A stretch of 62,934 bases of DNA, filler included, from Choristocarpus tenellus KU-1152 (lineage: Eukaryota > Protista > Phaeophyceae), in the NCBI GenBank assembly GCA_964200185.2. It is 10 parts of 10 records of this genome, joined end to end, with 100 filler letters (N's around TTAATTAATTAA, not from the genome) between each part and the next. Parts side by side here need not be neighbours in the genome. Positions count along the whole stretch, not along the records: positions 40,935 to 52,763 come from CAXNAD020002117.1; positions 52,864 to 58,797 come from CAXNAD020009372.1; 8 more parts are not named here. One strand, given 5' to 3'. Positions 41,452 to 56,000 of the stretch are shown here, one piece after another. Position 1 is the first letter of the stretch. Every line of letters begins with the position of its first letter. The notes beneath the pieces are model-generated. The model worked only from the letters and a program-made list of their open reading frames with translations, did not search any database and had not been told where the DNA came from. The translations under genes and the position numbers were made by a program.

Positions 41452-44215
41452 CTACCTTGAGGGTGCAGAACCACTATTGTGAATGATCCCCCCAGACCCA
41501 TGAGTTGCAAAATCCCTTGAATATGTGTCAGATTCATACTGCGAGAGTGACGCACGGTCCTCCTCACTTCCCTCCATGATCATTTCCAAATCTGGTTGGG
41601 ACTGCCTGTAGTCAACCTCACCAACGCCTCCCCCACTCACTGGGAGATCCCCGAGGCTCTCAGGGTCACTCTGGGTCTCTGACTTCACCTCAAATTCACT
41701 ACCGTCAGTTGAGCTGGCAGCAGATCCCACAGGAGCACTCCCAGCAATCTCCTGAGGCTGCTTTGCAGCCTTGGCTGACTTGGGAAGGGGGTAAGGGCGG
41801 ATCATGGTTGCTGTGCCCTCATACAATGGGTTTTCAGAGTCATAATCTGGGTCACCGTCTGTGGCCAACGCCTTACCAACCACCATTTCCACCTGAGAAC
41901 GTTTGAGGCAGGAGACCAGGTGGGTAGGGCAAATTAGTGTACCATCTATTTGACCCATTCATGAGTTTGAAGTGTTTTTCTATTTTTTGGGGGGGGGGAA
42001 GAAATAGGTGAGAATAATTTTCATCACATTTTTTTGTTCATTTTTTCAGAGTGACTTTGTAGATTCCATCGGCTGTTCAAATATTAAAAATTTCTATTTA
42101 AGCCAACACAAGCACCTCAAGAAGAGGGGACAAGGCGCCTACGAATGGAACAGAGGCACTCTTTTCGTTGGAAAAAGATCACTTACATGAGTACACAACC
42201 TGTACAACCACACAACAATTACACTACCCACACTTATCGAACTTCCATTCAGTCACTACAAAAAAAAAAAATCCACGTCCACTTGAGCAAAGGGGAAGAA
42301 AACATTTCCCATATTAAACCATCAAAATCAGATATATCTACGGTCAATCCTCTACACTTACACTTCCCACTCCCAGTCCTCTTACCCTTCGTCGGAGCAA
42401 TGTGAACTAACTTACCCTTCACCAAGCCGATCTATCCCCACAGATAGCAAAAATGGATTGTATCTCTCATGCCACCAAAACAAATGCACAAGAAAGAAAC
42501 TGCTCCTTTGAACATGTGACTCAATCCATTTATCTCTTCACCAACTCTAAAATATCTGTGCATTGCCCGGATTTCTAAGGGGCTCATTTTTTAGACAGTA
42601 GCTTTGTTTGCTGCGGGCTTTACAAAGAATTAATTCACAGCGCTTTGGCCATCATTGTGCCCAATTTCTTTTCTTCCCTCTGAATAACGTCCTCATACAC
42701 CTCTTACGCTTGTCCCAACCCTCAAACTCCAAATCAGAGACTACATCAGCTGTCAAATTCAGCAACAACGTAAACCATTCGTTCTATATACTGAAGACAC
42801 CCCCATAGGTCTTCACGTAGTCAAACTCAAACTCACATCAACATAACTATCAAAATGTCAAGCCCTCTACTGAACAAAGAAGATTTCCCTGGTTCAGAAG
42901 AGTGCAATTCTCTCTCTCTTAATCTCAAGAAAAACATTACCTCCACAGTCCGAGGCTTAAGCGCAGCCCCAGTGTTGTCCAAGGACCCATCTAGAATACC
43001 CTCAACAGTGTACGCCCTACAGAGCATGTACAGGGTCGAGAGGCAAAAGAGACCAGCGCCGGCGAGAGCTGCTATGCATGCCCAACCAGGTCCATCAAAG
43101 GTCCACGGCCGAATCGGACAGTCAAGAATATCTGTCGTCTCTGACCAGCACTCGTCAAAGGCGAGCTGAGACATAGTACAGAAACAGTGACAGTGGGGAT
43201 GGCAAGAAAAAGGCAGTCATGTACTGTCTCGATCATGTGTATGTATCATATCCTATGTGTCATTTAGAAGCAAAGGAGGAAGTGCCATCAATCTTGACTG
43301 CTCATCAACTAAAAACGATCCAACGGTTCAGGAATACTTCACAATTGAAGCAAGATCACTATGAATCAATCCCCTTGGTCGATCAGAAGCAGATAGGAAA
43401 GAAAATTGAGTGAACAGAGATTTGTTTGTAGACGTTGGATGTGTACACCACTCACTACACCACGTCACAAACCAAGTCAAGGAGTCACACCTTGTCTGTG
43501 AAGGTTATGACAAAGGCTCACCCGCAAGAGGGGAACGTTTCAACTTGGAGGGGAGGGGGCTTACATCTCTCAGCTTGGCAGAAAGTGACTCATCCTCATC
43601 ACCAAAGCGTCCCTCTATCAGCCACCAGAAAGACAGAAGTGATGCAATTAGCCCAAAGCCCATCAACATGTCAATCTTTGTCATTAATGTCAAACCGATA
43701 CTGCAGTGGGAACCCGCCGCGACGTATGAAGCCTTCAGCATCTTGTAGGTAAACAAACCCAGGAATGCACACACTGCCTGCAATGCTACAACCCCACCTC
43801 CAGCCTCAGCACCTCCGTTGTTCTCATCAGCTTGTGTGGGGTTGTCCGTCCTTTGGAAAACACCGCTGATGCTGTATACCTCACCCAATCCGCTGAAACT
43901 TTTGAGCTTATCAAGGTTGTCTAATTCACCATTCGTCGCTTTCCATTCTAGCAGCGCAAGGGGGCACCCCACACTGTGATCCTTGTCTGTTAACTGAAAC
44001 TTCTGCCACCCGATATTGGCCCTGAGGTAGTCGGCACCTACAGTGCAAGGGGTACCCTCAGGAACGCATGAACACCTGTCCATCTCCCAGGTGAAATAGT
44101 CCGATGAGATACCAAGGACAATGGCAGTCAGCGATGCTATGGCCGACAGAACAAACCCTGTCATCGTCAACCGAAAGTACCCCCGACCCACCCTCTCAAC
44201 GGCCCCATTTACCAT
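41452..44215 (-). CDS. Four-TM claudin/amastin-like membrane protein with a long acidic C-tail (~438 aa)
   Basis: Exons 44215-43565, 43165-42941, 41892-41452 (phase 0, GT-AG). TM1 near the N-terminus, then a Cys/Trp-containing loop (W..C.C..C..IGW), TM2, TM3, and TM4 preceded by GPGW. Confidence 0.75.
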
Positions 44216-45225
44216 GCTTGCGTCCTGGGCGTCCCCTCTGGTCCCTTACAGAGGATTAAAGGAGACCGCCCCCTCTACAGATTATTTTCGCCTCTGACGG
44301 CACCTGCTCAAAATACGGAAGCGATCGAAAGACTGTGGGAAAAGAATGTTAGATAAGAGCAGAGGAAAAGAAGGTGAAAAGAAAAGGGGTATAAGAGTCA
44401 CAACAATCTGTTGGGTGGGAAATCACCCCCAATAACCTTTTCACAAACTATCCAACAAGGAAAAGAGATGAACCAGATCGCGCAGTCATGGGTTCAGTTC
44501 ACACAGAGGGAGTAGGAGGTGGGGAAGGGTGAGCAAGTGTTGATTTCGGGGGTGGCATTTTAAAGAACAGATTGATCGCATGACCTATTTATTCTAAACC
44601 CAATGCCAAAACCTTGAACACCCTCAACTCTCACCGCACAAGTCACTGAGTGCGCGTAAGGGTAGGTGAGACAGGGGTGTTGACGAAACCTGAACTCGGA
44701 CGAAGCCCAAGGTTAAGCAATCCCAACCTCACCACTATCTCTCTCACTTCTGATAAGAGAAATAGAAAAAATTGAGGTCCAAATTCTTAGAACGCATATT
44801 AAATTATTTTCTTTCGCACTACATTATTCCGATTTCCAGCATTACTACTTTATAATTGTTTAGATTTCTTGATTTTTGTTTATATATTTGTTAATAACAG
44901 AGGAGAAAGTATATTCCCACTAAATAAAACTTACAAGGAACCATATATTTTGTATTTTGCGAATTGGTTCTTGTAGAGACCCTAAATCTATACGGTAGGA
45001 TAGATACAGCAGATTTGTTGGGGCTTTCAAGTGAACCTGTTCTGGGATTGGAAAATATATGGGGACGGATGAATTTTAATGAGGGCGTAAGGTATCCAAT
45101 AGTTTGGAGAGGAAATGACAACTGGGGACATGAAAATTGCGAGGATGGTTATGTATAGGGATGAATATGTTGGAGTATACCGCACAAATTGGATATACCT
45201 TGAAGTGGGAGAGCAATTATTATAT

Positions 45226-46205
45226 TTTATTATTATGCCCTCTGACATAAAACAACGAAAAGTCGAAACTAAAAGGAATTCAAGAAATGTAACTAGAGAA
45301 AAAAGTGTATATAACGACATAGGATAGTAGTAGAAGACGTGAATAATTTTCATTAGTTTCCATTAGTTTTCATTAGTTTAGTTTTCCCTTTGACACATTT
45401 GAAAAATGTTAGAGGGATAATAATAAAATAGTAGTACTTCAAATTTTAGTACGCACTACCTTTATTCATACGATCATCTGTTGAGTGTTTATGCGGTAAG
45501 TTTAGGAATTGTTTTTTACTGTTTGCTGGTCCATTGTTTTTCCTATACAATATTGTCTTTCATGTTTAACGTATGTTGCCAAGGAAACGGAAAGTTTTCT
45601 GGATGAGCTTAGTTAGCTATGCACGCCATACGAGGGAGAAAGACAGGAAGTTATGGCAGGAAGGGGCTGTCAAATCCTCTGTACGACAGGTAGTTTCTGT
45701 CGCAACACACATAGCCCTATCTAGACAGGTCATTCTTTTTACGCGGGAGGCACCAGGGAGTATGGGCAAGTAGGGGCTTGTTAGATTCGTGGAATGCCTC
45801 CCTAGCCCCTCACCCTGGAGGAGTACAGGACTAGCTAGGTTAGAGGCACAGGAAGGGAACGTGTAGCATGTGTGGTAGTAAAATAGCTAATAGATTAATT
45901 TTTTTCAAATTTATGACACCTGTTACTTTTTTAGGGTTTATACTGACATGTGAATAGTTTTCAGTGGTTTTTCCCCTGACACATCTGCAAAATGTCAGAA
46001 GGCATAATAATAAAATGTATTCAATGTAGTACTAAAGGGTTGAAACCGTAATCACAGATCTTTTGAATCTCATCGTTTTATCCTGAACACCTTGATTTTA
46101 TTATTATTCCCTCTGATATTTTGCAGATGTTTCAGGAGGAAAACAAATGAAAACTATACATCTCAGTATAAGCCCTAAAGAAATAGAATGTCATAAATGC
46201 GAAAA
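45226..46205. mobile_element. CRE-like LINE 3'-end cluster (four fragments, both orientations)
   Basis: Fragments at ~45226(-), ~45385(+), 45575-46013(+; encodes VRQVVSVATHIALSRQV, then 3'UTR and tail) and ~46098-46205(-). Confidence 0.75.
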
Positions 46206-48798
46206 CACTGTAAGTGTGAAAACCACCACACCTTGATCATAGAAGGGTTCAGACGTAATCACACACTAACACACAGTGGTAGTTAGTACTGGATGGGGTA
46301 GCAACTTATGTTTTAGGAGGTAGGGGACCGGAGGGATTAGCAGGAAGGGAGGTATAAAATCATGTTTAAGACTAATTATTTCAGCCACCGCTCAAGCGGT
46401 CATCTCCAGAAGAGTTTTGTGTGTAAAATTAGATATTCCTGGTTGATGGGATCCGAGAGGCTTGGCAATTTCATGGGATTCTTCCCCTAATTTTTGCCCA
46501 CCTTCATAGAGTAAGTTAAGAGTTCTCTTTTTCTTTTTTATTCCTTGTCCATATATATTATAATGCCTTCTAACATTCCTTATCCATTGTTTCATATATT
46601 ATACCTTCTCTGGTTAGTGTATCTAATGAAGTAGTCCCTTCTCTAGTTATGTTATTTGTTATATTTATATTGCCTTTCCTGTTCTCCAGTGCTCGCCGTG
46701 TTATGTTGGCTTCGTCCCTTTCTCATTTCTTGTTTTTCCTACATGGCAATTCCTGCAATATGTCAGCTGGTATAATGAAACATGATGTGGTCTTTTCCTG
46801 TGGTATGCCTGTCGTATTTATTACATGGTATTTCCACTTCCCTAGTTGCCAATGTGTTAATACGTTTGTTGCCTTGTCCACATTATATTTCTTATTATTG
46901 CTTCTACATATTTCTTGTTTTTCCAGCTTGATGATCCTTAAGTGCTTGACCCCTATCCAGGAAACGGGCAAAGTGTTTTTCTATTTAGGTGGACTGGGTT
47001 TTTCAGATTTGCAAGGGGTTGCCTTGGCCCTATACAGGGTAAGGGTTTCAGGATTGGTCAGAAATAATATGGTGTTGTGTTGATGGGGTTCGATCTCACG
47101 GTGTTACGAAAGATTGTGAAGTTTATTTTTTGGGATATTGTCGAAATTGTGAAGGGTGGTACGAATATATCGAGAAAACAGGTCTCCAAGATCTGCTTCA
47201 GGCCACTGCACTTCTCCACACGGTTCTCGGTGACCCGAGCACCCCCAGGCAATTTTATAGGCTTGATCGAAACCTACAGACCCACAGAGAAGGTCTTCAC
47301 TCCTCGTTTTGCGAAGGGATGCAAAATATCTCAACAAAAGTCTATCTCTTGGCTATTTGCCACGCAGACTCAACAAAATCGATTGCCTTCGTACACCTTT
47401 CTCGACCTAAAGCACTCCAAAATATACCCATTATGGCTTGCATTTCGTCTACCTTCCTCGGCTACGCATCGTATCAGGTTTCAAACCTTCGCTCCCAGGA
47501 TATCGAAAGTTATCGCACGAAGCTTACCCCTCGAAATATGCTAATCTGCTTCGAAGGAATGCAGAAAAGGGCTCTTACAACACCACAATCCAAGAAAATC
47601 TTGTTTCAAAATATGAAACAAAGTGTCCATAGCAAGGTCTACGCATGAATACTGCGCACTTATTATGCTTAACTGACACATCACACTATCCAGTTGGACG
47701 GAGTTCGGTACATTTTTCAGCTTAAAGCTGATCATCATCTGTGATCTTCTGCTTCAGACATTAAACAGGGACACCAAGCTGATTCAGGAATAGATTGACA
47801 CAAATGCGGGAAATGCTTTCACTACTACCACCCTGCTTGAAGTCGAAAATGATTTTTCTCGTGTGGTGCAGACTATACGGAGACAGGAATGGCAGGATGC
47901 AATCAGATTCTTGAGGACACACCTCCTTGGCACTGGTGCTGGTGTCTCTGTCGTCTGCCATGCTGTCATAGACGATCGTGGCTCAGTGGTTATGGAGGCT
48001 ACTCCCCAAAAGAATTTTGCGAGGCTCACGCCCAGCACCTTTTCGTAGAATCCTGTTTTGATTTCCAGAGTCCATGCCGCAAGCAACTAGGCGTTCCTAC
48101 AGCGAACAAAGAAGAAGGGGGCAACGTTCATTGCTGAGTGACGCCAATGCGAGTCTGGCATAAAAGACCATGAGATTCAAGGGAAGAGACGGACAGACCA
48201 GAAGTGGAGGGAAGAGCAGTGGGGTGGATGATCCCAACTGGTGAGAAGCAAGGAACAAAATGGAGGAAGTATCATTATATTCCTAACGCAACTGTCAGTT
48301 CCGGTAGTAGGAAAGATTTTTGTTTGACAAGTATCAGTGCTTCAGATATCATCACGGGTTGAAATTTTCCTCAAACATCGAAAGAAATGAGAATGATAAG
48401 GTATTTTGACGGTAATTTACAGTGCCATGGGGTAATGATCCTGGCAGCATCTCATTCTGGTAAGGCTATATCTTAGCCAAATGTTTTCGGTAAAACCTTG
48501 AAAATATTTCAGAGTGAATTTTCACGACCAAAACTATTTTTGCGGATGAACTCCTTTGTGTAAATCGATAGCTTAGATCAAGAGCTTTCATACGATATGC
48601 TGGTCGTCGATTAAATCCTTGGGCAACCTTTCAAAAAAATCAAGATTGGTAACCGCCAAAACGGTACGTGGGTGGACCTCGACTTAATACTGTTTACGCC
48701 ACTCACAGGACACTGTGACGTACAATGAGCTCCGAGCTGTCACCTGATGACGTTGGCGTTGTGGTGCGGTCACTCCCTGATGGATTTGAGTTCGTCCG

Positions 48799-49350
48799 AT
48801 GCCGCTAGGAGGCCAGGGGCAAGGGATATCGGCTGAGGATTTCCGCTTGTCCACAAGGCGAGAAGGGGGAGTATATTCGACAGGTGAAGGAGATGAGACA
48901 GATTTTGCAAGAGAGAGGTTGTTTTTCCCAGGGATGACCAAAGACGGGGGCAAGGACAGGAATAAGAGCATGAGCATGGCGTACGTTCTTGGGGAGCACC
49001 CGGACTTCAAGGTGGTAGAGCCGAGTCTTAAGATTCTGGTTGAGCGTCTTGAAGGGTAGTGCTTGATGCTTCCGAAGTAACACTGTGAATTGAACCAGAT
49101 AGAGATGGTCTGGGGGCGGGCGAAGCACTATGTACGAGGCCATTGTGACTACACGTTGCCTGGAATGAGAGCCAATATTCCGGTCAGTCTTAAGGAGGAA
49201 AGGAGGCTGTCCAGAGTAATTGTGGAGTGGTTGTTCAGGATGAGTATTGCTTACCACCTAATATATTCCAACGAGGAAGGCTTGGAGTGCACCAAATTGG
49301 ACAGGGTGTACAAGGCATTTAAGTCTCACAGGAGGCCTGCACCTTCATAA
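48799..49350 (+). mobile_element. IS630/Tc1-like transposase pseudogene, C-terminal part
   Basis: [49 protein letters not shown] matches the LPKFHCELNPIE..W..AK motif. Two stops. Confidence 0.8.
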
Positions 49351-50449
49351 TACCTCATCTGACTTGGCATGGATTGTCTGGTTCAGAGGCCTGGGCCCCT
49401 ATGAGTGAGCGCTAGCCAGAAGGTGACAACATCGCATCAAAATGGGAAATAATGGAAAGGGAATGTAGAGACGACAACGCCCGTGTTCTCCAGGTGAAGA
49501 TGGCCTCTTTTGGAGTTATAATCACCCTTAAATAAGCGGTTCGCGCGCGCGGACTACTTGATTTAAGTATGGTCCTATATTTCTCACGATTACTGCAAGT
49601 TGACGAACCGAGACACATCAAATAAGGTTAAGCATGCTAATGCGATTACAACAAACGGATTTTCTTGGAAAAAAATGTAGATTAAAAGTTATGGCACGAC
49701 AAAGTTGATGCAGGGGGCCGACTGCCATCACTGTACCGTGGAAATCCCAAGATAATCACACCACTCCTGTACAAAAAAAAAATCGAAAAATTCAAACGTT
49801 AATCGCTACCGTACCATACCAAGAAATATGTAACAAGAACCGCACCGTACCATCTAAAAGCATCAGAGGTTTTGAGTGGACCGCCAATTTTAAAAGTCCG
49901 ATCGACGGGTCTGACTGGTCCCACAATGATTTAACAAGTCCCCACTCAATGTCCACTAGGTATTGAACAGGTCAATCTCCTCTAGCTGGACCAGGTCAAA
50001 CATTCTCTGACACTTCCAGACCATGTCCACAGGATATTGTACCGATCCATGTCCCCACCCCATCAGCCTAACTTTTTTCCTTGCATGTCCGGACCATGGC
50101 CACCAACCAGTTCAATTTTTCCAGGCATATACTTGCTTTACAAATTCATTGATCAATTTAGTTTGGCCTTTCCATGCGAACAATAAAAATGTGAGCAACA
50201 TATTCAGGTGGGAGTTGGCACACAGACCACAAATCATCTTAGCGACCTAAAAATATATTTGTATTCAGGAGTATTAAATCTATAACTTTAATAGTTCAAA
50301 TTTTGTGTTTAGGGTACTTACGGTAGTACTATAGGATACAAGAATTAAGTAGAGTGAATTAGGGAGGCACCATGGCCATGACGTTGCCGACCTGAGTATA
50401 AAATAAGTATTACCTGCCAGCCATAGATAAAATGTTCTAACCTGGTCGC

Positions 50450-50630
50450 GTCCATGACCATGGCTTACTCAACATGAATAGGGCCACTGACCGGTCTTGT
50501 ACAACAAAGTTGGAACATGACCGAGTCTATGGCCATCACTTACTCAACGTAACTAGCGCGGTCAGCCGACCATGTACAACCAAGTTCCAACATAACCGAG
50601 TCCATGACCATCGACCGTTTCAGCATGGAC
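50450..50630. repeat. 75-bp tandem repeat, ~2.4 copies
   Basis: GTC(C/T)ATG(A/G)CCAT at 50450, 50525, 50600. CTTACTCAAC and TGTACAAC.AAGTT recur at the same period. Confidence 0.8.
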
Positions 50631-52451
50631 GAGCTGCCGACTGGCTTGTGGCCATATGGCCGAAAGTGGACATGCTATCTGCCTTGGTGGCAAAAAGCCC
50701 TGAAAAACAGGATTTACCCATACAATACCGCACACGTAAAGTTCAAATCTGTAACCGTATCGTACAGACGGATGTAAATGGTGCAAAAATCGTTCTTATT
50801 TTGCTTCGCATTTGTCTGAGGTGCTCAAGGTCTCTGACCATGTTATGTGCTTGTAGATGATCATACACCCATCATAATGTGTGACAACAAAGTCAGTTGT
50901 CCACCCATCTACCTAGTGTGGCCAATTATTTATACACTCAAAGATACTACAAGTTGTCTCCCATCGCGTGTCAAAAAAGAGTGTGCAGAATGCATACGGC
51001 ATTGCATCCATCCCAAAAGGTATTCCTTGAGCAATACAAATGTATGCCAAACTCAATACAACTTTGTATATATGAGTACTTAGATGGCATGATAAGACCG
51101 AGTGCTTCAGTGTGCGGTTGAGTATTGCTCAAGCATTCTCTTGCACTCACGGTACCAGCGTATTTGGAGAAGACGACCTTGAACGACAGGAAATGGGTTT
51201 CTAGCACCTTGGCAGGCATTGCAAGTACGGATCGTACGTAATAAAATTTCCTACAAGGTTCTACCTCAAAGTGGTGTCAGACAAAAACATATGTGTCTAA
51301 GCCAATATATTGCTGTTGTCTACCGCATTACATGATTCTCCCAGCGAATTCAGATAGGATTCTCTCTCGGTTTTCTCGCTCACTCCACTCATGGAGTTCA
51401 CAATCAAGCATTCTGGTCAAATTTTGTGTCTCCCACTCAATTAGAAACGAAAAAAGAAAGTTAGTTTACGTGTACCGAAAACTGTTGCCTTCACAAAAGG
51501 TGTGATCACCTTTGCTGAATCTGTGTGTCAGATATTAAACAGAGCATCGACAAATAAATCCAAAATATTTTGTAATTCTATGTACTGAAAAGTAATAGGA
51601 ATAAAAAACATGAGGTTTTTAAACTTGATGTGTGCGGAATAGGACGAAGAGGGTGGTCGGACGGTTGCGGTTGCAAGATTTCGCCAAGGCTACAATAGCA
51701 TCAAGACTTTATGACTCGGTAAGGGGCGCCATTCACCTGCAGAGAGAAGGAGAGATCAAACGTGTACAACAACAACTCAAAGACAACCTTTAGGTCACCC
51801 ATCATATGGAAAGTTTGCTTACATAAATGGGTGTCGTTCTTTTTCCTTGTTGGGCATAAGCAATAAAGACGGAAAGTGATGTTTCAAGGGTTAAGGAAAA
51901 GGGATTGTCAATGAAGTTGTAGGGGGCAGAGTCTTCTGAGTTTGGCAGTGCAGGAGAAGCGCTAAAGAGGACTACTATTTAACCTCTCTTAAACTTACTT
52001 GGAGGGGCAACACGGCAACAGTGATTGCCGATGAGCCCACCGTGTTATAGAAGTATACTTCGAGATCACTGGTGTGAAGGTTCATAAGCTTATCCCCCTC
52101 AAAGGAACCACAAAAAACTCGAGGTGAGGTGTGCTGTCTTGGTCGTCAAGAATAGTGAATGGAGTACAGGCATCTCTTCGATTTCAGTCCCAAGGGCATG
52201 CCTCTCTGTGTGACGAGAGACTTTTGTTCGTAGATAATGCTGCTGATACACAATAGACACCATCGGTGGAGTAGATTAGGAGAGGTAGACATCACCAGTG
52301 GAGTAGTGGAGGATAGGTAGAGCCAGATATATGGAAACATGTTTTAGTTGAGCTCTACCCAACGTTCTTGTATTGTAGGGACCTGATATTAGATTATCCG
52401 TTGATATATCATATATGGTACATACGATACATAGATACTATTATTTTCTGA

Positions 52452-52484
52452 GGTTAGGGTTAGGGTTAGCCTAACCCTAACCCT
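52452..52484. repeat. Head-to-head interstitial TTAGGG/CCCTAA palindrome
   Basis: AGGGTTAGGGTTAG-C-CTAACCCTAACCCT with perfect 14-bp arms (52456-52484). Confidence 0.9.
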
Positions 52485-52863
52485 GATCGTTGGAACTCCC
52501 ACTTGGTAGTCTTCACTTGTCTCACCCCCACCAATTCAGTCAGCTGAATTGAGACCACAAGCCCCTTGTAACATTAATAATATATATCTACATCAAGCTA
52601 TTTATTGTCCTCTACCAAAGCACACAGCCGCAGGTTCAGAGTGGAATACTTAAACAGCTTTTGCTGGATAGACGTTGGTGTTCACACTTTCAAGCTTCTT
52701 CCAGCTAACAACACACACAACCAAGAGTCCTGTTGCCCCAATCTGGGTCAAAGTATCTGGGGGNNNNNNNNNNNNNNNNNNNNNNNNNNNNNNNNNNNNN
52801 NNNNNNNTTAATTAATTAANNNNNNNNNNNNNNNNNNNNNNNNNNNNNNNNNNNNNNNNNNNN

Positions 52864-53094
52864 GTCCATTTGGGGGTCAAAATCCAATGATGCGATTTCG
52901 ATGTAATCTTGGCTACCGTGTTTGTTAGGAAGTGCCAACATCCTTGTTCAGGACACAGCTTTTCATAACGTACACATTTTACCTACTCCAAAATATTTTG
53001 GAGTAGGAAAATGTCTTAAAACCCCCGAGGGAAGCCAAGCCCCAAATAATGGGTAAACAGGGCAAAACTCGTACCCTCTTAGATACTTTCACTC
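52864..53094 (-). mobile_element. MITE family A, near-complete copy cut by the contig start
   Basis: Ends GTACCCTCTTAGATACTTTCACTC; body homologous to the other copies. Confidence 0.92.
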
Positions 53095-56000
53095 AAATCA
53101 TACTATTCATGCATCTCGTTGGTGTATCCGACGTACTCTCTTTCTGTAAGCAATACATAATCTATTGTTGTGTCGTTTGTTGTACATCGTTCCCATAATG
53201 CTCCTTCTTGTTCCCTCCATAACATCTTGAAAATATTTGTCGTCATACTGTACATTATATTCCATATATATGTCATTCAAGTATGTACACTATTTTTTAT
53301 TATTATGCACAATAACTTTTGGAAATTGATCGTGTTGTGTATGGGAAAAGAAACTCGAAGTAGACAATACCAACACAATAACGATAGACTTAGAGTGTGT
53401 AAAATGAGGAACTATTCAAAAAACGGATTGGTGAGTATTGCTGAAATTGCTCCTAAATCGGTGCTGTGGAGAAGGGGGTCTAGAAACAAGCAGAAGGTCC
53501 ACAAGTCTAATAAGGCTTGTCTTTGCCACTAACACAGTGTCTCCAACTTGAACTACTGTATGATTATAATAGTGCCCACTGACAATTTGCAGTTGCTGTC
53601 ATCTTAGAGGGAGCAAGGAGAAGCAGGTGTAAGGCAAATAATATATTGCCAATAGGGTGGAGTTGAAATGTATAATGCATCACAACAGTAGTATTGCAAG
53701 TGGCTTCCTCCTCAATGATTCCCTAAGACCTCCTGCGCCCGCCGCATTTAGCAGCCACTCCTCCCATGTGGCCTCTCTTTTTATCGTAGCATACAGCTGA
53801 TGATTTGGATTGTGAAGCCACCTCCGCTTCCACTTGCAGCATCTTTGGCTCCATTGGAGGTACCACAAGGATATGAAACACAAAAGGCAGGTGTGAGGAA
53901 CTTGAACCACGGATAGGAAGCATACTATCAACTGAGATCTTACACACAGCTGGATGCATTGTAAGGATTCCTAGAAATTACCAAAACATGCGTTTTTATT
54001 GTTAAATTGATGTTTCAAATAGGATGATGACACTGACAAGACGAATGGCATACGAATAGAAAGGACATGGCTCCTGCTACCCCAATGGATGTTGAACCTG
54101 GGAACACAACACTGAAAAAATGATGTTGTATCATATGAACTGACCAAGCACCATAAAAAAATAATAACAGCACTAAAGGATCTGGGCGACCATCGAAGCT
54201 CACTCCATTGAAGGCTGCAACAATTTGGAATGAAATGGCTGAGCACTCACATGACTTCGGGTTTAGAGTTTAGAGTTCAACATCTGGGTTTAAGCATTTG
54301 CGTGATAAAGAGAGTGGTACAAGTGGACGTCAAAGAAGCATGGGAGGTCAGCCAAGAATACCCTTCGTTACACACTATTGACCACCTGTCGTACCAGGAG
54401 TAGTGTTTCAAAAGCGCTTGTTGCCCCAAATCCCTAAATATTGTTTTGTCTGTACGGCAAGCCTGTATGTAGTCGTCCAGGTGTGCGGTGCGACCCTACG
54501 TTAATGTTTGACCAAGAAGAACTTAGGAAGTGAAATGCAGCTAACACGAGAGTTAGATGTGCTCAGAGTCCCAATAGGGACTATAAAAACTTCATTGTGG
54601 ACACTGTTGAATTGGTAAGGGACACTTTTCAGGAGGAGGATCATGCTCTTGTTTATGATCTCGTGACCATGTCAGCATTCTACTTGCTATCCATAAAACA
54701 TGCCCCCATCCTATTTTTGAGATACTTTTGAAAAAATCATAAACATGCCATCACACATGTTTTTATTTGTCATAGGTTACAGTTAATACTCTTTGAAAGA
54801 AATAAAAATGTTTCTCGAGTGGACTCCATTCTTGTATCACAAACTGCAATGCCTCAATTCGCGACACCTCTCACATGAATCAGGTACTACTCCAGAGTAC
54901 ACAACCCTATATTTTCAATTGGTGTTGCAGCGAGCTCCAGAAGCTTACCTCCACAGCAAAGATGATCCATTGCGAGCTTTGAACCTTAGACTAAACATGC
55001 ACAAAAAGCAAGTGAATTTAACAGATAGATATCGATTTCTTGGTTGTTCAGTTGTACATGCTACAACGCGAAGATAGTTGTTATATTCTATTCTGAATGC
55101 AGCCATCACAATTTCATCCAAAATGCTGGATATGTTCATATTAGTGTGAACACGTTCGACAAAACAAGTGATCAATTGTATTATAAGGTTGTAAGTACAC
55201 TATTCTATCATTTATGACGTACTGATTCAATACTTAATATAAATTGCATGTATTTGATGCCATCCTTGTGGCAGATTTAATGTGATGCCAAGATGACGAT
55301 CATCACTACTTCTCAATTGTGGCAAAGACGAGCCGACAATCTGCAACTACTACTCTACTGTCTAGAGCTATAGGTATGGTCCAAGGTCTCCTAGTGGGGG
55401 AGGCAGGTGTCCATTCGGGGCCTGTGAGAACCTGTGGTGGTTTTCATTTCATCTGAGTGAATTTGAATGTAAGGACCATTTCCTTCATCTGAACGCACCT
55501 TCTTTTTCCATCCCCCTGCCTGAAACAAATCCGAAGGAAACCACTCGCAACACAGGCATGAAACTGGAGTATCTTACAGCACCCCATCAACCCCTGAATT
55601 GACAACCTCGGCTAAACACCCCCCCCTCTTAGATACGATCGGTCATATTAGCTGGATACGAACCCACAAGAAGAACAGGCTATTATGGCTTTCGAGCCCT
55701 AAACATCCAGTATTAAATCTTTGTTTTGTTGTTGACGCTTTGTGTACCATTATTGACTGGTACGCAAAATTTGGTCCACTGTTGATCATTTGAGGTATGC
55801 CACCACGGTTTAAGTCCTTAGGGTTACGATAGTAAAGCTCCAGATACTTCATAGAAAGCCCCTTAAATGGACGTTATTGGTGGTTACCTGTAACAATGGA
55901 GGTACGCACTCATATTTCATATATACATCAACGCTGTGAAGAATGGGAAACATCATCATAACATGAACTTATACGATTGGAATGCATTGATTGGACAAGA

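Noticed and set aside
47050-49700. Fanzor/TnpB-like nuclease beside the IS630/Tc1 relic
   Set aside because: Looked for RuvC (DPG/DLG, E, CxxC..RD) motifs in adjacent ORFs; none found.
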